64,000 nucleotides of DNA, taken from assembly GCA_951406725.2 (NCBI GenBank), contig OX597819.1:33666001-33730000 (forward strand), written 5' to 3'. The notes under the pieces were generated by a model. The model was not told the origin of the DNA, did not search any database, and saw only the letters and a list, made by a program, of their open reading frames with translations. Numbering within the stretch: the first letter of the stretch is position 1; every line of letters starts with the position of its first letter. Source of the DNA: Octopus vulgaris. Its lineage: Eukaryota. Of this stretch, positions 54,854-64,000 are shown piece by piece. The position numbers and the translations under genes are program-made.

Positions 54854-54899
54854 GACACCTGATGAAGGCTGGAGGGTATATCAGCCAAAACATTGTGTT
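54854..54899 (+). ncRNA. Degenerate minimal hammerhead ribozyme motif
   Basis: GACAC CTGATGA a GGCTG gagggtatat CAGCC aAAAC aTT GTGTT; stems I and II intact, GAAA core mutated. Confidence 0.7.
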
Positions 54900-55214
54900 A
54901 ACAACAAACGAGATGAGGACAAATATCCGTCAATTGTAAATAATGTAAATAATGGAGCAAATGTAGTTTAAACTTTTAGCATTCAGATTACTCTGTCAAA
55001 CATAGTGTTTTGTTTTGAATTAATCATGCATTATCTCATAGCTCTGAGATTTCAATATTGTGCTGGAACACTGCTTTAAAGGGTTTTAGTTGAAGAAATC
55101 GTCCCCAGGATTTATTCTGCCAGCCTCTTTCGCTGAACTGCTAAGCTATGGGGACATAAACACACCAGCATTGATAGCAAGTGATGACGAGGGTACAAAC
55201 ACAGATGCGCACAT

Positions 55215-55247
<33 letters not shown>

Positions 55248-55269
55248 ATGCATACATACATACAAACAA

Positions 55270-55327
<58 letters not shown>

Positions 55328-56566
55328 TACAAGCTTCTTTCAGTTTCCTTCAACCAAATCCACTCACAAGGCTTTGATTAGCCCAAGGCTATACTAAAAG
55401 ACACTTGCCCAAGGTGCCACACAGTGGGATCGAACCCAGGACCATGTGCTTGGGGAGCAAGCTTCTTACCACACAGCCATTGCCTGCACCATTTAAAATA
55501 GAATTTATGTAAGAGCCAGAGTAGCTTAACTCTTTAGAATTCAGATTACTCTGTCAAATGTAATACTTATTTATTCACATTGCTCTGAATTACCCATGCA
55601 TTGTCTCAAAGCTTTTAGATTTTAGTGATGTGATTATTTATTTTTAGAATGACATTATAGGGTAGGTGTGAGAAGCTGGATATGGTCTGTTTAAATATGA
55701 AACAGGTAGAATACTTTTTTATTTACATATGGCTGGTTTAAATGCTAAATGGTTATTCAAATGCAATTCATCTCAGTAAGCTGTGCTGGCCACCACTAGA
55801 TAATTATTTATAGCTACACAAATTTGTCATCTAACACAGTTTGGTCTGTTTGTCCATCCTCTATGAACCAAATTGCCCATCATGATGTATTTATTTGTAG
55901 CTAAATAAACTGGTCTTTCCACACTTTGGTCATAGATCCATCATACTACAAATGATTGATTCTCACAGCAGCAAAATTGTATCAAGTTAACCGGTCAGAT
56001 TGGTTTCAAATTTTGGCAGAAGGCCAGAACAGAAATTTTAGGAGGGGCTAGGTTGATTACACCAATGCCAGTGCTCAACTGGTACTAATTTTGTCAACCC
56101 TGAAAGGATGAAAGGTAAAGTCAATCTCAGAGGAATTTGAACTCAGATGGATGAAATGCCACTAAGCATTTTGCCTGGCATGCTAACAGTTCAGCCAGCT
56201 TGCACCTTAAAGTTAACCAGTCATATTAGCCATACAGGAACACGGGTATAACAAAAGCTAATACACATGAACCAACAAAGGAGCCTATGTCCAGCCTTAA
56301 CCTGCTAGAAATTGCAGCTAATGTGTTAAGTAAAGATACAATATAATCTCTGATAGAAAAACAATGTGGAATATCTTTGAAAAGAACATCTTTTGAAGGA
56401 TCAGGTTTCATGTGAGGCTAACAACAACAATGACAACAGCAGCAATTAGTGCCATTCACAGCCACTGTCAATACAGTGTAAATTGACAGGGACTGTGAAT
56501 TGACAGCCACTGTCAATACACTGTCAATACAGTGTAAATAAGGAATGGTAATGGTATATGACTTAC

Positions 56567-56633
56567 CTGGGGATGTATTTCTGCCACTTTTATGCTTAGC
56601 TCCCTTCCATACTTCTTCATAGAGAGGTTCAGA
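56567..56633 (-). CDS. PLEKHH2: PLEKHH1/2-like exon (SEPLYEEVWKGAKHKSGRNTSP-G), 67 nt, phase 0/1
   Basis: ttttcag acceptor, gtaagt donor; phases match both neighbouring exons. Confidence 0.75.
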
Positions 56634-56796
56634 CTGAAAAATACAAAGAGACATTAGTCTGTCGTTATTAAAGTACTTGTCTCATGAAATATGTATATCT
56701 GTGAAGTTTAGTCTAAGGAAATGATCATGCTATGTTCATTGCAATTTCAAGACAGTAATTTTACCTGTGAATTTAGTGATACACAAAGATATATGT

Positions 56797-56829
<33 letters not shown>

Positions 56830-56835
<6 letters not shown>

Positions 56836-57114
56836 TTGAGTAGTTGAATGAATTATCTTATTATGGATAATTCGGTTAACCGATACCTGGGTAGCAAATT
56901 CCCGTCAGAAAAACACAGTTGAAGCTACTTGCCTAGGGCAGAGATCACGTGCTATCGTGTGGAAATTTGTGTGTTTTTTTGAATACAAATAATGAAAGAA
57001 TGGAGTTGAATGATGAATTAACAAAATTCCTTTATTTTATTTTCGACATGTTTCGAAGGCTGCAAATAAAGGAATTTTGTTAATTCGTCGTTCAACTCCA
57101 TTCTTTCATTTATT
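56830..57114 (-). mobile_element. Probable Penelope-like terminal remnant with a 47-bp inverted repeat
   Basis: Arms 56991-57037 and 57064-57110; loop reads CGAAACATGTCG on minus; flanked by (TA)n. Confidence 0.6.
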
Positions 57115-57465
57115 TATATATATATACAAACAACATATGTAAACAAACATTTTTTTTTTCTTTTTTGGAAGCATCGAATGTGTACTGTGTTATACAGACA
57201 AAAAGGTAATATTTCGAAAACAATATAGCTGTGAAAACAGCAGAAAGATTGAGTATTTTATTCTTACATGATGGAAAAAGTTGTCAGCAGACAGCCATAT
57301 GACTTTATCACAAATGTCCAATGAATGGAAATGTGAAACACTGAGCTACAGATTTTTGGGGTGTTTTTACAGTTTTAATTAAAAAAGCAGATTACTTTAT
57401 CTTTAGTATTTGAGTACTATTCTGTCCACCTTGGTTTGCATTTATGTGCTTACTTGCATTTATGA

Positions 57466-57528
<63 letters not shown>

Positions 57529-57698
57529 TACTTATAATAAAAACAATTTTACATTAATCTGATGGGTTACTCTATTCTCTGTTGAGTACAAATTTATTCT
57601 TCTAAAGCAAGAATGCTGTTGACATTGACTTCAACGTTTTGGCTAGTAAAGCCATCGTCTGGCTGAAACTTCGAAGTTGCTGTCAATAACATATCTTG

Positions 57699-57738
<40 letters not shown>

Positions 57739-58934
57739 CGTGCGTGAGTGTGTGTGTGTGTGTATGTGTGTGCACATGTGCGTGCACATACATACAAACA
57801 CATTCATATAGATGTTTTTTTGTACATATAGCATCCCGTAATGTTATAGTTCAACATTTAGTAATATATGTATATTGTATTGGTTAAACAGAAATAGAAT
57901 ACAGACAGATAGGAAAGTATGGAATTAAATGAGGTGTAGAGAATAACAAGAATTGTTAGCACGGTTGAATGCACAGAGACATTGCTTAGAGATAAGAGTA
58001 GAAAAAAATGTTTGAAATTATGTGTATGGCAGATGTGGAAATTCACACACACACACACACACACACAAAGTTTGGATTGATAATAAGGAGAAAAGTGTAC
58101 TCAATACATTGTGTAGCGTATATATTTCATATATTAAGAACACTGAAAAAGTTACTCAGAGCATCAAGAAAAAATAGAATATCTTCACAGAGTTCATATT
58201 GTCAAATTGATACAGCTAAAATTTTATCAGTTTCAATATCATCATCATCATCATCATTACATCATATTATCACCTTAAAAGAAGATTTTGCCATTGCTGA
58301 AGTCACATCAGCAAAATTATATAAATAAGGAGTATATTCTTAACATTGTGTATTTGCTTACATTTCTGTTCTGTGACTCTCCTGTCAAACTGTATGCTCA
58401 TTTTACTCCTTTGGATCCATGTGAATTAAGAGATCACTTAATTGAGAAATAGGTAAGGGTTAGGGGATAGGAGTGGCTTATACAGTACCTTATAAATATA
58501 TTTGTCTCATTCTCACAAGTATGGAAAAATAGATATAAAAACAGTTGTTCCAAAAGTGAGATGTTTAATCAGTGCCCTCATGAGAGAAAATTTATGCTGC
58601 TGACATGGAATTCCTTGCTTGCTGACTAATAAACAGAAATCGTACATAAACGAACCCTTTTCAGACACAACTGGAATTGGTCAAAGGGAGATAACTCGAT
58701 CTTACCTACAGGCGTTTTCGCTTTAAAAATTTTATTTTCAGGGATTCTTTTCACAACCTGTATTCCTACCGACATTAGTAAAGACTCATCAGTACGTTTG
58801 ACCTCTGGCCAGCAAATCTGATAAGTTGGCTATGTTGTTATGTGCACAAAAGACGTGAAACCAACAATAACTTTCTGACCAGTTATTACTAATGACTACA
58901 TTAAATATGTGCGTGGGTGTGTGTGTGTGTGTGT

Positions 58935-58973
<39 letters not shown>

Positions 58974-59159
58974 TGTGTGTGTGTGTGTGTATAAGTTTGT
59001 GTGTCGTACAAGTTACCTAACTATAAATATTGAACCTTACAACTAGCTACTTAATCGTTTAAATAGACATCAAATATTTATAATTTTATGAACATAAAAA
59101 TGAATGAAGGCAATATAGAAGAAATGAGGTTGGATCAAAGTGAAATGATCAAATATGTT

Positions 59160-59201
<42 letters not shown>

Positions 59202-59389
59202 GATATATAATTTCAAAGATATTATTGGTTTGTTGTTAACTTTCATTTAACAGCCAAATATAATTGACAGGGATAAATAATTGACAGACAAAAGTATATA
59301 AATTCGTCGTCGTCATCATCATCGTCATCATCATCATCGTCATCATCATCATGTCCAGCATCATTACAATTATCATTGTATTAATCATT

Positions 59390-59461
59390 ACCCATATGAC
59401 CAAGTGGTTAGGATTTCTGGCCTTCACCCAGGTGACTTGGGTTCAATTCCTAGCTTGGGAA
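59390..59461 (+). pseudogene. tRNA-Glu(TTC) pseudogene
   Basis: 72-nt colinear resemblance to eukaryotic tRNA-Glu(UUC): CCCATATG, GGTTAGGATT, anticodon arm CTGG-ccTTCac-CCAG, GGTTCAATTCC; several stem mismatches. Confidence 0.75.
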
Positions 59462-60892
59462 TATAATTTCTATTGGTATGAGCAGTTTGCTTTCCAGCCA
59501 CATGGTTTGGGATTCAGTATCACTGAATGGTACCTTATGCAAGTGTCTTCTGCTATAGCCCCTGGCTGACCAAAACCTTATGAGTGGATTTAATAGACAG
59601 AAACTGGATAAACCTGTTGTGTACATGTGTGCACTTATTTATATTCTTTTACTTGTTTCAGCCATTTGACTGTGACCATGCAGAAGCCCCACTGTAAAAA
59701 GCTTTTTAGTTGAAGAAATTGACCTCAGGACTTATTCTTTGTTAGCCTAGTACTTAATCTATCAGTCTCTTTTGTCAAACCACTAAGTTACAGGGATGTA
59801 AACGCACCAATATTGGTTGTCAAGCAACGGTGGCAGGCAAACACAGACACAAAGACACACATTTATATTCATACATATATACATACTCTTTTACTCTTTT
59901 ACTTGTTTCAGTCATTTGACTGCGGCCATGCTAAAGCACCGCCTTTAGTCGAACAAATCGACCCCAGGACTTATTCTTTGTAAGCCCAGTACTTATTCTA
60001 TCGGTGTCTTTTACTGAACTGCTAAGTTACGGGGACGTAAGCCCCCAGTATCGGTTGTCAAGCGATGCTGGGGGGACAAACAGACACACAAACACACACA
60101 CACACATACATATATACGACGAGCTTCTTTCAGTTTCCATCTACCAAATCCACTCACAAGGCTTTGGTCGGTGCGAGGCTATAGTAGAAGACACTTGCCC
60201 AAGGTGCCACACAGTGGGAATGAACCCGGAACTATGTGGTTGGTAAGCAAGCTACTTACCACACAGCCACTCCTGCGCATATACATATACGATGGGCTTC
60301 TTTCAGTTCCCATCTACCAAATCCACTGACAAGGCTTTGGTCGGTGCAAGGCTATAGTAGAAGACACTTGCCCAAGGTGCCACACAGTGGGAATGAACCC
60401 GGAACCATGTGGTTGGTAAGCAAGCTACTTACCACACAGTCACTCCTGCGCATATACATATACGATGGGCTTCTTTCAGTTCCCATCTACCAAATCCACT
60501 GACAAAGTTTTGACTGGCTTGAGGCTATAGTAGAAGACACTTACCCAAGGTGCCACACAATAAGACTGAACCCTTAACTGTGTGTTTACAGTTTGAAACA
60601 TGGCCTAGTTGTTAGAGTGTTCCACTCCTGATCACAAGATCATAATCTTGATTCCCAGACTGGGTGGCACGTTGTGTTCTGGAGCAAAACACTTCATTTC
60701 ACATTGCTCTGTAAATACTGTGACATCTAACATGGGGAATACTTTTGTACCTGTACAGGCAATGCTCACTTGGAGGAAGTGAGACGGTGCGCAGCACATA
60801 TGTTTGATTGCTATGAACAAATCATCTGTGTGGTTGTACCGCTCGAAAATGCAAAACCCTCAACCATCATTGAATAAGGGAAGAGTCCAATA

Positions 60893-61247
60893 ATGTGTGT
60901 GTGTTTGTGTGTGGTGTGATGCAGTGTATGTGTGTGAGTGATGCAGTGTGTGTGTGTGTGAGTGATGTAGTGTGTGTGTATGTGAGTAATGTGGTTTGTG
61001 TGTGTGAGTGATATGGTGTGTGTGCATGTGATGTGGTGTGTGTGTGAGTGGTGTGATGTTTGTGAGTGGTGTGGTGTTTGTGAGTGATGTGGAGTGTGTG
61101 AGTGATGTGGTGCATGTGAGTTATGTGGTGTGTGTGAGTTATGTGGTGTGAATGAGTGATGTGGTGTGTGAGTGATGTGGGGTGCATGTGAGTGATGTGG
61201 TGTGTACGTGATTGATGTGGGGTGTGTGTGTGTTGTTGTGTGTGTGT
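60893..61247. repeat. Degenerate GT-rich minisatellite (~18-mer GTGAGTGATGTGGTGTGT) in a SINE microsatellite
   Basis: Read directly; followed by a SINE A 3' half. Confidence 0.85.
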
Positions 61248-61527
61248 CCCCTGCCATTGTCTGACAACCAGTGTTGGTTTATTAACGTCCCCGTAACTTA
61301 ACAGTTTGAACTTAACAATTTGGCATAAGGGAATGATAGAATAATTAAGTTTTAAAATAACAACCACTAGAGTTGATTCATTTGACTAAAACCCTTTAAT
61401 ACAGTGCCCCAGCATGGCCACAGACCAGTCTAATGACTGGAACGAATAAAAGATAAAAATGTCTTTGAATGATAATTATTACCCCCACCACCACCACACA
61501 CACAAACTCCTCCTAAACCACTTCCCC

Positions 61528-61570
<43 letters not shown>

Positions 61571-62429
61571 ATAGTCGTGTATAAACGCCATGTTTAGCTT
61601 ACATCTATCTAAATTAGAGACTAAGCAACAGCCAAGGTATGTTGATGAGTTAATAAGGGAGTATCTAAGTGGTCACCCAATTAACTAGAAATAACAGTAA
61701 AATTTCCTTTAAATCACATCCTACCATCCTCAAGAAAGCTGTATTGTACAGTATAGTCCATGATACATAAAATACAGAACTGTCATGGCTGGAAAGCCTT
61801 TGGTCATTGAACCACCTGGGATTAAACAACATGATTAAGAGAAATAATGATGGCAGATCCAACCATTTGCATCTAATCATAAAGTCACCTTTGTTGTATG
61901 GAACATTAGTCCCATAATTTTACAGCAGCAGCAGCAGTAGTAGTAGTAGTAGTTGTAGTAGTAGTAGTAGTAGTAGTTGCAGCAGCAGCAACAGTAATTA
62001 CTACCGTCATCATAATTACCATGGCTACCATAGTTACCAAAGCTACCATAGTTATTATAGGTTATATAGCAGTTGTTATAACAATCATGGTTACCACAGT
62101 TCCCATACCTACCATAGTTACTGACCAAAACACATAGCTTCCTTAATTAGTATTGCTATTGTAGTTACCATGACTACTAAAGTATTACTATACTTAGCAG
62201 TGAACTATAATTACCATAGTTACTGCTACGGCAGTTTTATAAGAGATATTTCAGTAAAACAAATGCAGTTTCTTTTTATAAGATTTAGTCAAGAGCAGGT
62301 GAGTTTCTGTTGGATCTTCAAGACAGTAAGGAAGAAAGACTGGAAGGTATCCTTAGAGTAGTAGCCAAATCTGAATGATTCCAACAGAGTGAATTTAGCT
62401 AAAAGTAGCACAGGGATAGGATGGTTGGA

Positions 62430-62909
62430 TTAACTCTTTTGTTACCATATTGCTTTTGAGATGTTCTGTTTATTTCAATTAGTTTTAAATATAACAAAGA
62501 ATTTAGTAAAGTAACTTAATTATCATTAAGCCAGTGTTAGGAACAAATTGCGACTAAGGTTTGGTGGAAGATTTTAATTGAGAACTTTTGAAAACAAGAC
62601 ATTTGTACTACAGAGCCAGAGGTGATTTCAGACAGGTTGGTATCAAAAGATTTAAGAATTATTTCTCTATCATATATTTTAACGCTTTCATTACCATATT
62701 TCTGTTGAGATGCTCTGTGTTTCCTTTGATTAATTTTAAATATACCAAAGAATTTAGTAAAATAACTTAGTTATCATTAAGTTAGTGTTAAGAACATAAA
62801 TTGTTACTAAGGTTTGGTGGAAGATTTTAATTCAAGAAGTTATGCAAACAAGACATTTGTACTACAGAGCTAGAAACGGTTTCAGACAGGTTAGTATCAG
62901 AAGGGTTAA
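62430..62909. mobile_element. Two tandem TTAA-flanked MITEs, second piggyBac-like family
   Basis: About 62430-62655 and 62679-62909 are direct copies bounded by ttaa with degenerate TIRs. Confidence 0.7.
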
Positions 62910-63344
62910 ATCAAGTGAAGAACAGGTACAAAGTTCATTTAAAAGAAAGAGATTTGAAATGGACCTGGAGGTGAGAGGATGGAGTATGCTATTGATGAGG
63001 CTGCAGATATTGACAAACAACTGATTGATTGTTTAAACTAACTGATTAAGTAAGTTATCAATTAGTTAGTTGGTTAAATAACTAATCAACTGACTAATAA
63101 ATAAAGAAGTGAAATTGAATAAATGTGTGTGTTTATTATTGACGTAATGACCCTCTCAAGATACAACAAAATTTGCTTCAACACATGAGTTCACATCAAG
63201 AATCTTGGAAACTAAATACAAAAACAAAAGACATCCACTCAGATCTCATCTACACGAATTAAGTCACAAGGCAAACTTTTTAAACACATGAATATTACAA
63301 AGGAAAGATACCATTTCAAGATACCTTAACTAATAATAAAATTG

Positions 63345-63395
<51 letters not shown>

Positions 63396-63419
63396 GCTAC
63401 AATAATAATAGAATCTCAC

Positions 63420-63827
63420 CTCGTTTGAGTCAGGTGGGTCAGCTAATAAGAGCCTTGGAGGAAGTTCTCGATCAAAGGGTGATGTTGGCCACTCATCATA
63501 AAGAGCATTCTTCTGGATATCTGACGTTGAAATCCTTATTTCTCGTTTTGGCACCTGAGAATATATTTCTTCATTGAATTTCATTGATGCTGGCTGGCAC
63601 TTAGTTCTGGGCAGTGTGGCCAATGCAGAGACATATTGCAAATTTTGGGGTGGCACAAAAACACCATTAGGAGAACTTGGCGGTGCAAAAGGAACAAAAG
63701 ATACTGTCTGAGACTTTGGGGTTAGTGGTGTAACTGCATATGATGACTTTGATGAATTGCTGTCTTCCTCTTCTCCTTTTTCTTCTTCGTCGTTTTTTAC
63801 TGATGAATTATCACCCTGTTCAAGAAT
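63420..63827 (-). CDS. PLEKHH2: PLEKHH1/2-like gene, most 5' coding exon in the window (ILEQGDNSS...ADPPDSNE), 408 nt, phase 0/0
   Basis: Open frame of non-repetitive Ser/Pro-rich protein; ttgcag acceptor and gtgaga donor; phase joins the next exon. Assigned to the gene by strand and phase, not by a recognised motif. Confidence 0.75.
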
Positions 63828-64000
63828 CTGCAAAAGAAACAAAAAAAATTAATTTTTCATCATCAAGGCACAGGCGTGGCAGTGTGGTAAAAAGTTTGCT
63901 TCCCAACCACATGGCTCTGAGTTCAGTCCCATTGTGCGATACTTTGAGCAAATGTCTTCTACTAATAACTCAGGCTAAAAGCCTTGCGAGTGGATTTGGA

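Noticed and set aside
58745-58795. Hammerhead on minus (CTGATGAGTC...ATGTC)
   Set aside because: The GAAAC box and the 3' strand of stem II are absent; too incomplete to call.

Overview
AT-rich, microsatellite-dense eukaryotic DNA, inferred to be octopus/coleoid cephalopod from its repeat families. The window lies inside one large minus-strand gene, a PLEKHH1/2 (MAX-1-like PH-MyTH4-FERM) homolog. I assembled seven phase-compatible GT-AG coding exons (63420-63827, 56567-56633, 43332-43438, 38193-38394, 31979-32118, 24579-24689, 19125-19211) plus 12465-12534, and a candidate 63-nt cassette exon at 38033-38095. The gene runs off both ends. The introns are almost all mobile DNA: tRNA-derived SINEs, RTE, R4/Dong-like, CR1-like and Penelope fragments, a mariner fossil, Helitrons and several MITE families. 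Most listed ORFs are microsatellite or SINE artefacts. Main findings: (1) a head-to-head palindromic element joining a tRNA/Pol III head, (TAA)n and a Penelope-type minimal hammerhead ribozyme, later invaded by a Dong-like LINE and then an RTE; (2) a SINE carrying a ~220-nt 28S rRNA fragment inside one TSD; (3) further hammerhead-like palindromes; (4) variable-copy hairpin/pseudoknot modules in the RTE 3' UTR; (5) MITEs carrying telomere repeats; (6) a Helitron head-to-tail junction. Coordinates were read by eye and repeat boundaries are approximate.
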